IMG/VR virus record: IMGVR_UViG_2974759174_000001
Direction: 5' to 3' (one strand)
Source of the DNA: Bixzunavirus cane17
Lineage: Duplodnaviria; Heunggongvirae; Uroviricota; Caudoviricetes
DNA: 64,000 nt
Positions within the stretch are counted from its first letter, which is position 1, and each line of letters begins with the position of its first letter. The notes under the pieces are model-generated. The model worked only from the letters and a program-made list of their open reading frames with translations. It did no database searches and had not been told where the DNA came from. A program made the position numbers and the translations under genes. This document shows positions 51,349-60,800 of the stretch, in pieces.

Positions 51349-52320
51349 ATGGCAACTGGTTTTGGCGCGATGAAGCGCGCCGTCACGAACGCGAACACCC
51401 CCAAGAGCTTCGGCGCCAGGCTCGACTACTTCAAGATGGACGACGGCGATTCGATCATCGTCCGCTTCCTCACCGATCCCGAAGACATCATCACCTGCGA
51501 CGTCTATCAGTACGTCAAGGACAACCGGGGCAAGGTTGCCAGCTTCGTCTGCGCCCCCAGCCTGCACGCCGAGGACCCCGACTGGAAGGGCCAGGACTGG
51601 GTCCAGCTCTACGGCGGCATGACCGAGGACTACAAGACCAAAGCTCTCGTTCCGGCCAAGGCCAAGGAGCGCACGATGGCCATCGTCGTCGAGCGCGAAG
51701 AGGTCGCCCTGGAGACCCCGCCGGGCGAGCGCCCTCGGTTCAAGTACCAGGACAAGCTGGTCGACGTCGAGGTGGACGGCAAGACCTACCAGGGGCGCCG
51801 GTTCATCCTCATTCAGGAGCCTGCCAAGACATTCTGGGGCCAGCCGGTCGGCTATGCCGGGGAGTACGGCACCCTGTGCGATCGCGACTACAAGATCACC
51901 CGGCAGGGCTCTGGCCTGGCCACCCAGTACATCCTCACTCCCAAGGGTGAGGACCCCGACTGGCGGATGGACGGGTCCAGCTACAAGGCGCTGCACGAGC
52001 GTTACGGCTACGGCACCGGCAAGGATATGAACGGCCAGCCGATCAAAGAGGACGACCCCGAGCGCTTCCTCTACTGCCCGACCACGCTGTGGGAGTGGGC
52101 AGTCAGCAACGCCTCGGAGGAGCGGGCCCGCAACCTGCTCGCCGCGCCCCGCGAGGACGCGGCAGCACGGCGCGACCTGCCCACGGCGACCAGCAACAAC
52201 GATGGTCCGCCATGGAGCACCGGTCCCGATGAGGCTCAGGCCGGACCGCCCACCCCGGCACCGGCCACCAGCGGCGGCGACATCTCCTCGCTGCGCGCCC
52301 GGCTGGAGTCCTACACCTAA
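51349..52320 (+). CDS. Single-stranded DNA-binding protein, T4 gp32-like
   Basis: YFKMDDGDSIIVRFL N-terminus, DRDYKITRQGSGLATQY. Sits between primase and polymerase. Confidence 0.75.
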   Translation: MATGFGAMKRAVTNANTPKSFGARLDYFKMDDGDSIIVRFLTDPEDIITCDVYQYVKDNRGKVASFVCAPSLHAEDPDWKGQDWVQLYGGMTEDYKTKALVPAKAKERTMAIVVEREEVALETPPGERPRFKYQDKLVDVEVDGKTYQGRRFILIQEPAKTFWGQPVGYAGEYGTLCDRDYKITRQGSGLATQYILTPKGEDPDWRMDGSSYKALHERYGYGTGKDMNGQPIKEDDPERFLYCPTTLWEWAVSNASEERARNLLAAPREDAAARRDLPTATSNNDGPPWSTGPDEAQAGPPTPAPATSGGDISSLRARLESYT

Positions 52321-52507
52321 AGACCCTCAACCCTGGTAGGCGGCTTCGGCTGCCGACACCCCATCAGGGACCCCGAGCCTGCGGGTATCGGGTACAGGGC
52401 CGACTTCCGGCGCAATGGGGATGGCGCCGGGGGTGCGGTGGGTGCTGGACATCCATGAGCGGACTTCCAGCACCTTCCACACCACTCACTCACCCACAAG
52501 GAGATCC

Positions 52508-55500
52508 ATGAGCAGCGGTAAGGCAGCACTGCACAACCACGGAGAGACCTCGATCCTCGACGGGCGATCGAGGCCCGAGGAGATGGCCGCGCGGGCCAAG
52601 GAGTGCGGCGATGAGTCTGTCGCCATCACCGACCACGACGACGTCGGCGGGCACTTCCGGTTCCAGAAGGCCTGCCAGGCCGCAGGCGTCAAGCCGGTGC
52701 TGGGTGCCGAGCAGCGGTGGATGCTCAATATCGCCGACAGCCGGGAGCGCAAGACCGGCGCCAGCGACTCCAGCCACATCGTGCTGCTGGCCGAGAACAA
52801 CACCGGGCTGCGCAACCTGTGGGCGCTGTCCTCGCTGGCCTACGAGCCCGAGCAGTTCTACAAGAAGCCGCAGCTGGACCCCGGACTGCTCATGCAGTAC
52901 CGCGATGGTCTGTGGGCCTCTGACGGCTGCATGCTGACCCGGTTCGCCGACTACGTGGTCAACGACCAGGAGGACCTGGCCCGCCAGGAGTGGGGTGTGC
53001 TCCTGCACATCTTCGGCGATCACTTCTACTCCGAGCTGCACACCTGGCAGTTCATCAACCCGGTCAGCCCTGAGCAGCAGGCGCTCAACGCCAGGATGTC
53101 CAAGATCAACCTGGCCAAGGTCCGGCTGGCCAAGGAGATGGGCGTGCCGCTGGTCGTGGTCAACGACGCTCACTATGCCCATGAGCGCCAGTGGCAGGAG
53201 CACCGCGCGATCTGGGACATGTCCACCGGGTCCTGGAAGAAGGACCAGCACGAGGAGCGCGGCCACGCGGCGGACTGGATGATGAACGCCGACGAGATCC
53301 GCCACTACATGGGTCTGCACGGCGTCGGCACCAGCGTCATCGAAGAGGCCATGCGCAACAGCGGCTGGATCGCCGACCAGTGCAACGCCGAGATTGACGG
53401 CAAACTGCTGGCCATGCCCCGGCTGCACGCCACCGACGCCGAGGACGCTGCGGCCTTCCGGCGCGCGATCGAGGAGGGCTTCAAGCGGTTCGTCGTCGAC
53501 AAGGGCCTGCCCGAGGACGTCTACCGGCAGCGGCTGGAGTACGAGGCCAAGCTGATCATCGACAAGAACATGGCGGGCTATTTCAACGTGGTCGCCGACT
53601 ACGTGCTGGCCGCGCGCAACGGCACCTATCACCAGGCCATCACCGGCGACCCCAAGCCCAAGCCCTGCCTGTGCGGCCCGGGCCGTGGCTCCGCCGGTGG
53701 CTCGCTGGTCACCTACGTCATGGGCATCACCTCGATCGACCCGATCAAGTACGACCTGATGTTCGAGCGCTTCATTAACCCGGACCGTCCCGACTTCCCC
53801 GACATCGACGTCGACTTCCAGAAGTCGAAGAAGGGCCTGGTCAAGCAGTACCTGGGCAAGCGTTACGGCGACAACAACGTGGTCTCGATCGGCACTCGGA
53901 CCCACTCGCGGCCCCGGCAGATGCTCCAGGACCTCTGCCGTGCCCAGGGCATCCCGTTCGGTGAGATGAAGAAGATGATCGACCTCGTCGAGCAGGTCGA
54001 CCAGATCGCCCCCTTCGAAGAGGGCATGGAACTGCCCGAGGACGAGGATCCGCCGACCTGGGGCGAGGTGCTCCAGGAGATCGGCGGCGAGCTGGCCCCG
54101 TACGCCAAGAAGTACCCCGACCTGTTCAACCTCATGGAGCAGATGGTGAACATGGTGCGCGGGGTGGGCGTGCACCCGGCGGGCGTGCTGGTCAACACCG
54201 ACCCGGTCTTCCCGGGACTGATCCCGACCCGGCGCAAGGGTGGCGCCGACATCCGCGCGACCCAGTTCGACATGTACGAGCTCGAAGAGCTCGGTGGGGT
54301 CAAGGACGACCTGCTGGCCAACAAGGGCCTCGACGTTCTCGACATCGCACGCGACCTGATCTACGAGCGGCACGGGGTGTGGATCGACTACGACGGGTTC
54401 GGCTTCGGCATCCCCGAGGGCGCCGAGAAGGTGATCGCCCTCAACGAAGAGCGCTACCTCAACGACCCGGCCATCTACGACCAGATCGACCGGGGCCAGA
54501 CCGCAGGCCTGTTCCAGGTGAACACCCCGGCGGGCACCAAGCTGGCCATGCGGTTCAAGCCGCGCTCGGTCGTCGACATGGCCGACCTCGCCTCGATCAA
54601 CCGCCCTGGTGTGACCCGGGTGCCCGGCCTGCTCGACAAGTACATCGAGCGCCGCCACGGGCGCGAGCAGGTCACCTACGACCACCCGCTCATGGAGTCC
54701 ATCACCGGCCCGTCGAGCTCGATGAATACCTACGGCATCCTGGTCTATCAGGAGCAGCTGATCCGCACCGCCAAGGAGCTGGCCGGGTTCACCCCGGGCG
54801 AGGCCGAGAGGCTGCGCAAGGGCATCGGCAAGAAGAAGATGGAGATCATCAACGAGCTGGAGCCCAAGTTCCTCGACGGCTGCATGGCCAACCCGGAGTT
54901 CGTCCGGCTCGGCGGGACCCGCAAGGTGGCCGATCGGATCTGGCAGTCGCTGAAAGCCGCCGGTGCCTACGCCTTCAACAAGAGCCACGGCGTCGGCTAC
55001 GCGCTGCAGCCCTGCCAGGAGGCTTGGGTCAAGCACTACTACTTCGACGAGTTCATCACCGGCTGCCTGGTGATCCACACCGACAAGACCATCCGGTTCC
55101 TGCGCGAGTGCCGCCAGCGCAAGCGTGCGGTGCTGCCGCCGGACGTCAACCAGTCCGGCGCCGGGTTCACCCTCACCGACGAGGGCATCCGGTTCGGCCT
55201 GACCGACATCTCTGGCATCGGCGACGCGGCCATGCCCGACATCCTGGCCAACCGTCCGTTCAAGGACCTCGACGACTTCCTGGCACGGGCTTCCAAGAGC
55301 GGCGGGGCCAAGAAGGGCGTGGTGGATGCGCTGATCAAGGTGGGCGCCTTCGACTTCACCGGCGAGCACCGCCAGGTGATGCTGGAGAAGGTCTACCGGC
55401 ACCGTCGCGGCCTGTCCGCCCCGGTCAAGTGGGCCAAGATGAGCCTGGACGAGCAGGTGGCCGAGATCGCCGCCAAGCGCCGCGTCAAGCCCGAGGACTA

Positions 55501-55903
55501 CCCGGTCTACAACTTCGAGGACCCCCAGTTCATCCACGACCTGGAGGTCGAGATGCTGGGCACCTTCGTCAGCTACGACCCGATGGCCAAGTACGCCCGC
55601 ATGATCGACGGCGAGTGCATTCGGCACCCGATGGACTACGACGACTTCGAGCCCGGTGACCGGTTCTGCGTCGGCGGCAAGCTCGTCAAGGCCCGGACCC
55701 ATCGGCAGAAGAACGGCAAGCAGATGGCCTTCCTGGCCGTGCACTGGAACGAGGAGGACTTCGAGATCCTCGCGTTCGCCGACGCCTGGGCCCGGTGCCA
55801 GCCACTGCTCAAGGTCGGCACACCGGTGGTCTGCGAGGTGATCAAGCTCGGTGGCGGCGGCGCCTCGCTGAGCACGGTGGAACGACTCGACACGATCGTC
55901 TGA
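52508..55903 (+). CDS. dnaE: DNA polymerase III alpha subunit (1131 aa)
   Basis: PHP LHNH..SILDG, TDH, NDAHY. GRGSAGGSLV, PDIDVD, YAFNKSH, C-terminal OB fold. Confidence 0.97.
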   Translation: MSSGKAALHNHGETSILDGRSRPEEMAARAKECGDESVAITDHDDVGGHFRFQKACQAAGVKPVLGAEQRWMLNIADSRERKTGASDSSHIVLLAENNTGLRNLWALSSLAYEPEQFYKKPQLDPGLLMQYRDGLWASDGCMLTRFADYVVNDQEDLARQEWGVLLHIFGDHFYSELHTWQFINPVSPEQQALNARMSKINLAKVRLAKEMGVPLVVVNDAHYAHERQWQEHRAIWDMSTGSWKKDQHEERGHAADWMMNADEIRHYMGLHGVGTSVIEEAMRNSGWIADQCNAEIDGKLLAMPRLHATDAEDAAAFRRAIEEGFKRFVVDKGLPEDVYRQRLEYEAKLIIDKNMAGYFNVVADYVLAARNGTYHQAITGDPKPKPCLCGPGRGSAGGSLVTYVMGITSIDPIKYDLMFERFINPDRPDFPDIDVDFQKSKKGLVKQYLGKRYGDNNVVSIGTRTHSRPRQMLQDLCRAQGIPFGEMKKMIDLVEQVDQIAPFEEGMELPEDEDPPTWGEVLQEIGGELAPYAKKYPDLFNLMEQMVNMVRGVGVHPAGVLVNTDPVFPGLIPTRRKGGADIRATQFDMYELEELGGVKDDLLANKGLDVLDIARDLIYERHGVWIDYDGFGFGIPEGAEKVIALNEERYLNDPAIYDQIDRGQTAGLFQVNTPAGTKLAMRFKPRSVVDMADLASINRPGVTRVPGLLDKYIERRHGREQVTYDHPLMESITGPSSSMNTYGILVYQEQLIRTAKELAGFTPGEAERLRKGIGKKKMEIINELEPKFLDGCMANPEFVRLGGTRKVADRIWQSLKAAGAYAFNKSHGVGYALQPCQEAWVKHYYFDEFITGCLVIHTDKTIRFLRECRQRKRAVLPPDVNQSGAGFTLTDEGIRFGLTDISGIGDAAMPDILANRPFKDLDDFLARASKSGGAKKGVVDALIKVGAFDFTGEHRQVMLEKVYRHRRGLSAPVKWAKMSLDEQVAEIAAKRRVKPEDYPVYNFEDPQFIHDLEVEMLGTFVSYDPMAKYARMIDGECIRHPMDYDDFEPGDRFCVGGKLVKARTHRQKNGKQMAFLAVHWNEEDFEILAFADAWARCQPLLKVGTPVVCEVIKLGGGGASLSTVERLDTIV

Positions 55904-55912
55904 AGGGCAAAC

Positions 55913-56269
55913 ATGAGCAAGGAACTGGTCCTCTCGGTGACACTGGCCGACTGTGTCGTCGAGACCAAGCGTGGATCCGGCAAGGGTGGGCAGAACCGGA
56001 ACAAGCGCGACACTGCCGTGCGCATCGTGCACCCGCCATCCGGCGCCGTCGGCGAGAGCCAGGAGGAGCGCAGCCAGCTCCAGAACAAGAAGACCGCGTT
56101 CCGCCGGATGGCCGAGTCGCCCAAGTTTCAGCTGTGGCTCAAGCGGCAGGTGGCCAATGACGACTTGATCAAGGCGCAGGTCGAGCGGGAGATGTGGCCG
56201 GTCAACCTCAAGACTGAGGTCCAGGAAGACGGCAAGTGGGTCGAGAAGACAGACAGGGAACTGATGTGA
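55913..56269 (+). CDS. GGQ peptide release-factor-like protein (RF-1 domain, ArfB-like)
   Basis: RGSGKGGQNRNK.DTAVRIVH.PSG...SQEERSQLQNK. Confidence 0.9.
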   Translation: MSKELVLSVTLADCVVETKRGSGKGGQNRNKRDTAVRIVHPPSGAVGESQEERSQLQNKKTAFRRMAESPKFQLWLKRQVANDDLIKAQVEREMWPVNLKTEVQEDGKWVEKTDRELM

Positions 56270-57354
56270 CGAACAATCCTCAACTGGCCAAGCTGCTCAG
56301 CGACGTCCAGAACAAGTACGGCGAGAACGCCGTGATGATGGCCAAGGACATGGTCACCTACCCGCCGGTGCGTTCGGGCACCCTGGCCCTGGACTTCGCC
56401 ATCGGCGTCGGTGGGCTGCCCAGCGACCGGGTCATCGAGATCGGCGGCACCGAGGGCACCGGCAAGACCACGCTCTCCCTGCTGGCCATGCAGCAGTTCC
56501 TGCTGGCCCAGCCCGACCGGTTCGCCCTGGTTCTGGATCTGGAGCACAAGATGACCAAGGATTGGGCCGTCCAGCTGGTCGGTGAGGAGCTCTGGGACGA
56601 CCGGGTCATCTACGCCCAGCCCGACCACGTCGAGCAGGCCACCAACATGTACTCCGACCTCGTCGGGTCCGGCCAGACCTGCTTCGCCCTGTTCGACTCG
56701 ATCGGCGGCGCCGCCGTGCGCGCGGGGATCGAGAAGGAGGCCGAGAAGGTACAGGTGGGCGGCAACGCCAACGCCATCACCAAGTTCGCCCGGCTGGCGT
56801 CGAACTTCTCGGCCAAGTACCGGTGCCTGACCGTGGGCACCAACCAGGAACGCGTCGACATGGAGGGATTCCGCCGGTACATGACGCCCGGCGGCAACGG
56901 CTGGAAGCACGCGTGCATTCTGCGCATTCGGCTGAAGGCCTCCACCCAGGACAAGGTCGAGACCGTGGTCAATGGCGAGAAAATGGTGGTGGGCCGCAAG
57001 ATCCACGCCCAGATCGTCAAGAACCAGCTCGCCGCGCCGGGCCGGTCGGCCTGGTGGTGGATGTATCACGTGCCCACCGAGGAGTACGGCTTCGGTATCG
57101 ACACCCTCGACGAGATCGTCCGGCTGGCCATCCTCACCGGCGTGATCAAGCAGCGGGTGAGCTACTACGACCACCCGGCGCTGGAGAACGGCACCGTCAA
57201 GGGCATGACCAACCTGGCCAAGGCCATCGGCGACGACGAGGGGCTACGCAACACGATCGTCAGCGAGACTCTCGCGGTGCTCAAGACCGACTCCAGTCTG
57301 CTGGCCGAGGTCGCACCGCTCGACGACACCGTTCCGCAGGACATGGAGGACTGA
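56266..57354 (+). CDS. recA: RecA-like recombinase
   Basis: SGTLALDFAIGVGGLP..RVIEIGGTEGTGKTT, FDS, GGNGWKH. Confidence 0.95.
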   Translation: MTNNPQLAKLLSDVQNKYGENAVMMAKDMVTYPPVRSGTLALDFAIGVGGLPSDRVIEIGGTEGTGKTTLSLLAMQQFLLAQPDRFALVLDLEHKMTKDWAVQLVGEELWDDRVIYAQPDHVEQATNMYSDLVGSGQTCFALFDSIGGAAVRAGIEKEAEKVQVGGNANAITKFARLASNFSAKYRCLTVGTNQERVDMEGFRRYMTPGGNGWKHACILRIRLKASTQDKVETVVNGEKMVVGRKIHAQIVKNQLAAPGRSAWWWMYHVPTEEYGFGIDTLDEIVRLAILTGVIKQRVSYYDHPALENGTVKGMTNLAKAIGDDEGLRNTIVSETLAVLKTDSSLLAEVAPLDDTVPQDMED

Positions 57355-57734
57355 TGAAGCTGCGCACCTGGGACTACTGGGAGGCCGAGGTCAACTCTGA
57401 CCTCAACCTCTCGCCGACGGTCGGCTCCGGCTCCAAGGCCCACGACCCCGGCGACGGCACCGACCGGCGCCATCACCACGAAACCGACTACGCGATCCAG
57501 GCCGACGCCAAGTTCACCGAGCGGTCCGGCTTCAGCCTCAACGGCAAGCTGCTGGGGCAGTGGATCGACCGGGCCCTGGCCCAGGGCAAGCGGTTCGTCC
57601 TGCCGGTGCGGATCTGGTCGCCGACGGCCAACGCGCCCCTGGACCTGGCCGTGGTGCCCTACCAGGACTACCTGGCTCTGGTAGAGGCGTTCCGGACGCT
57701 GGAGGAGCACGAGCGAGAGGGACGCATCCTGTGA
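57354..57734 (+). CDS. Hjc-like PD-(D/E)xK Holliday junction resolvase
   Basis: WE.EV, GSGS...GDG, QADAKFT. 126 aa. Confidence 0.65.
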   Translation: MKLRTWDYWEAEVNSDLNLSPTVGSGSKAHDPGDGTDRRHHHETDYAIQADAKFTERSGFSLNGKLLGQWIDRALAQGKRFVLPVRIWSPTANAPLDLAVVPYQDYLALVEAFRTLEEHEREGRIL

Positions 57735-57886
57735 GGGTCTACGTCACCACCTCCCATGCCGCTGTGCTGGAGGTCTTCGTCAACGAGCGTGACGCCAAGG
57801 TGTTCAAGGCGAACTACGAAGACCAGCATCGCGAGGAGACCTGCCACATCCAGCCCCGCGAGCTGAGGACGGACTGGCGTGGGTAA
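57731..57886 (+). CDS. Small protein (51 aa)
   Basis: GTGA overlap, high GC3. Confidence 0.6.
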   Translation: MRVYVTTSHAAVLEVFVNERDAKVFKANYEDQHREETCHIQPRELRTDWRG

Positions 57887-59642
57887 AGAGGGACGCAAGA
57901 GTATCTTCCGCAGCCTGGCCGAGCGCGACCTGCTGATTCCGTACTTCCGCAACGCGCTGCTCAGCCAGGAGTGGCCGGACGAGTACACGATCAAGGTCGA
58001 CAGCAGTCCCTACTACGGCAAGGGTGACGGCTACTTCCATCCGTCCACCCATGCGCTCATGCCAGCCCGGCAGCTCTACTACCACTTTCACCCCGACACC
58101 CGGGACAAGGTCCTCCAAGAGGACCGGACGATCACCCAGGAGATGACGCTGACGATGGGCAGCGCGATCCACGCGGTGGTGCAGACCCAGTTCCAGATGG
58201 CCGGGCTGATCAAGGGGCCCGATGACTGCGAGGTCGAGTATGTCGACCGGACCCACCACGTCCGGGGCCGGGTGGACTTCATCGTCCATCACCCCAACGG
58301 TCAGGTGATCCCCGTCGAACTGAAGTCGCTCGCCTGCTCCACCCCGATCCTGACCACCAATGGCTGGTCCACCATGGGCGCCTTGCAGGACGGTGACGAG
58401 GTATACGCCCCGGACGGCCAGCCGACCAAGGTGCTCAAGGCTCACCCGATCAACCTGAATCGGCCCTGTTTCAGGGTGCGGTTCCGTGACGGCCAGGAGG
58501 TGGTCACCGATGCCGAGCACCTGTGGCAGGTCAACGATCGTAACAACGGCGGGCGAGATCGGGTGATGACCACCAAGGAGATCGCCGACGCCCCGTGGGG
58601 TGGCCGGTACCGCTTCCGTGTCCCGGTTACTGAGCCATTGCAGACACCCGAGGCAGATCTGCCGGTCGATCCGTGGCTGTTGGGTGCGTGGTTGGGCGAC
58701 GGCGACGCCTCCATGGTGTCTATCTGCTCCGGCAGTCAAGATCTGGACTATCTGATCTCCCGAGTGGAGGGGCTGGGGCTCTCGCATCGGGTCAATCGGT
58801 ACGGCAGCCGTGCTGCTTCGGTGTACGTGCACGGGATGCGTGCGGTCTTCTCGGAGCTAGGCCTGCTGAAGAACAAGCACATCCCCGACCGATACTTGAC
58901 GGCCTCGGTCGCCCAGCGTCGCCAGCTGTTGGCGGGACTCATGGACTCTGACGGCACCGTCTCTGATCGACAGGTGACGATCTCTATGAAGAACGAGCGA
59001 CTCATGAGACAGGTGCTGCAACTGGTCCGCTCGCTGGGGTACCGCGCCGGGTTCGGCTCCCACATGGCTCGGCTGAACGGGCGCGACTGCGGGCTGGTGT
59101 ATGTGGTTCGGTTCCACACAGGATGGGGCGAGTCGCCCTTTGACATGCCTCGCAAGAAGGACGGGTGGGACCGGGCTGCCAAGTCGTCGGTGCAGGATCT
59201 TCGGCTGAACGCGATCGTGTCGGTGGAGCAGGTGGAGACGGTGCCGGTGCGATGCATCACGGTGGCACATGAGTCGTCGCTGTATGTGGCTGGTGAGGGA
59301 TTTGTCCCGACCCACAACACCCAGAACAGCCGGTCGTTCGACTTCCAGGACACCATCAAGCCGATCTGGGACGCGCAGCTCTCGCTGGGCCTGCACGGCA
59401 CCGGTCACCCGCTGGGCATCCTGTTGGTGGTCGAGTCCGGCTACCCGTTCCGGATGCGCGAGTACCGGGTGCCGCGCAACGACCAGCTGCTCACCCAGAT
59501 CTTCCAGAAGTTCGACTACGTGCGCGAGTGCATCGCGCTCAACAAGGTGCCCGAGTACTGCTGCATGCCGCAGTCAAAGGAGATGGACGCGTGTCCAGCC
59601 CGGTACCAGTGCTGGCTCAAGGACAAGGTGGAGGCCAGCTGA
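57879..59642 (+). CDS. Cas4/RecB-like exonuclease containing an intein
   Basis: FHPS, G.AIH, GRVDF...ELK|T PD-(D/E)xK motif, Q...Y-type helix, C-terminal CC.....C...C. Confidence 0.85.
   Translation: MGKEGRKSIFRSLAERDLLIPYFRNALLSQEWPDEYTIKVDSSPYYGKGDGYFHPSTHALMPARQLYYHFHPDTRDKVLQEDRTITQEMTLTMGSAIHAVVQTQFQMAGLIKGPDDCEVEYVDRTHHVRGRVDFIVHHPNGQVIPVELKSLACSTPILTTNGWSTMGALQDGDEVYAPDGQPTKVLKAHPINLNRPCFRVRFRDGQEVVTDAEHLWQVNDRNNGGRDRVMTTKEIADAPWGGRYRFRVPVTEPLQTPEADLPVDPWLLGAWLGDGDASMVSICSGSQDLDYLISRVEGLGLSHRVNRYGSRAASVYVHGMRAVFSELGLLKNKHIPDRYLTASVAQRRQLLAGLMDSDGTVSDRQVTISMKNERLMRQVLQLVRSLGYRAGFGSHMARLNGRDCGLVYVVRFHTGWGESPFDMPRKKDGWDRAAKSSVQDLRLNAIVSVEQVETVPVRCITVAHESSLYVAGEGFVPTHNTQNSRSFDFQDTIKPIWDAQLSLGLHGTGHPLGILLVVESGYPFRMREYRVPRNDQLLTQIFQKFDYVRECIALNKVPEYCCMPQSKEMDACPARYQCWLKDKVEAS
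58326..59318 (+). mobile_element. Intein with LAGLIDADG endonuclease and class 3 WCT triad (331 aa)
   Basis: K|SLACSTPILTTNGW...EHLW...VRCITV...PTHN|T. LGAWLGDG and LAGLMDSDG. Confidence 0.92.
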
Positions 59643-60097
59643 TGGAGATCGACTTTTTCGTGCCAGGCCTGGCAGCACCCCAGGGGTCCAAGAACTCCTA
59701 CACGATCCGCAACAAGGCCGGGAAGGTCGTCGGCGTCAACACCGTCGAGCAGAATAGCAAGACGCTGCGCCCCTGGCGGGCCGACGTCAAGGTGTTCGCT
59801 CAGAAGGCCATGCAGGAGCGCGGTCAGCAGATTTGCGACGACGCGATCTACCTCCACTGCGACTTCGTCATGAAGCGCCCGTCCGGCACGCCCAAGACCC
59901 GCAAGACACCACCTGCGGTCAAAAAGCCCGACCTGGACAAGCTGATCCGTGCGATCGGCGACGCCCTCAAGGGCACCGTGTACACCGAGGACAGCCGGAT
60001 CGTGGAGATCCGGGCCACTAAGCGCATCGCCGAGATTGGCGAGACGCCAGGGGTTTTCATTCACGTGGGAGCGACAGACGATGACCGAGTTGCATGA
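59642..60097 (+). CDS. rusA: RusA-like Holliday junction resolvase
   Basis: PG.AAPQGSK, KPDLDKLIRAIGDAL.G.VYTEDSRIV. Confidence 0.9.
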   Translation: MEIDFFVPGLAAPQGSKNSYTIRNKAGKVVGVNTVEQNSKTLRPWRADVKVFAQKAMQERGQQICDDAIYLHCDFVMKRPSGTPKTRKTPPAVKKPDLDKLIRAIGDALKGTVYTEDSRIVEIRATKRIAEIGETPGVFIHVGATDDDRVA

Positions 60098-60800
60098 CGG
60101 AGATCTGGCCAAGGCGGTGGCGGCGAAGCTGCAGAGCGAACACCTCCGGATGATCGAGGAGTCCGGCGAGCCGTTCGTGGACGCCGAGTCACCCCTCGTG
60201 CGTGACAACCGCAAGTCGATCTTCTCCAAGATCGAGTTCAAGTGGCGCGCAAGCGATCAGATGGTGATGGAGCAGATGCGCACCGGGGTCGACCGGATGC
60301 TCACTCGGATGTACGCCGAAGCGAGGCGGATCATGGACGACTTCTATGCCCAGATGCGAATCGCCGAAATAAATCCCGACACGGGCGTCCGTTTGCTCGA
60401 TGACCAGCGTAGAGTCATCTGGAAGCGGGACCAAAACGGGAAAATCATCGAAGATCTCAGTCAGATAACCGGACAAGACATCGAAAAGACGCTCCTCGAC
60501 ATCGCCAGACTCAAAAGCGACCTGTCTCCTCGGGTCAACGCCCTGCTCGCCGAGGCTGTGTTTGCCAAGCACATCGCAGACGACTCGTACCAAGATCACT
60601 ACGCCGAACTTCTCGAAGGGACGATCGGCGACCGCAACGCACACGCCTCCCTCAAGTCACGGGAGGACAAGTACCACGCATACTTCTGCTGGTACGCCTG
60701 GAGTCAGGCCAACGTCTTCCTTGCCGAGGTGAAGGAGTTCTCCAGGCTGCTGGAGCGCATCCGTTACTGGAGGATTGACGATGGGAAGAGCTCTTCCTAG
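60081..60800 (+). CDS. Hypothetical helical protein (239 aa)
   Basis: Long ORF, overlapping starts and stops. Confidence 0.75.
   Translation: MTELHDGDLAKAVAAKLQSEHLRMIEESGEPFVDAESPLVRDNRKSIFSKIEFKWRASDQMVMEQMRTGVDRMLTRMYAEARRIMDDFYAQMRIAEINPDTGVRLLDDQRRVIWKRDQNGKIIEDLSQITGQDIEKTLLDIARLKSDLSPRVNALLAEAVFAKHIADDSYQDHYAELLEGTIGDRNAHASLKSREDKYHAYFCWYAWSQANVFLAEVKEFSRLLERIRYWRIDDGKSSS

Noticed and set aside
57879-59642. CRISPR system suggested by the Cas4-like gene
   Set aside because: No repeat-spacer array or other cas genes in the window. Solo Cas4-like nucleases are common in phage recombination modules.
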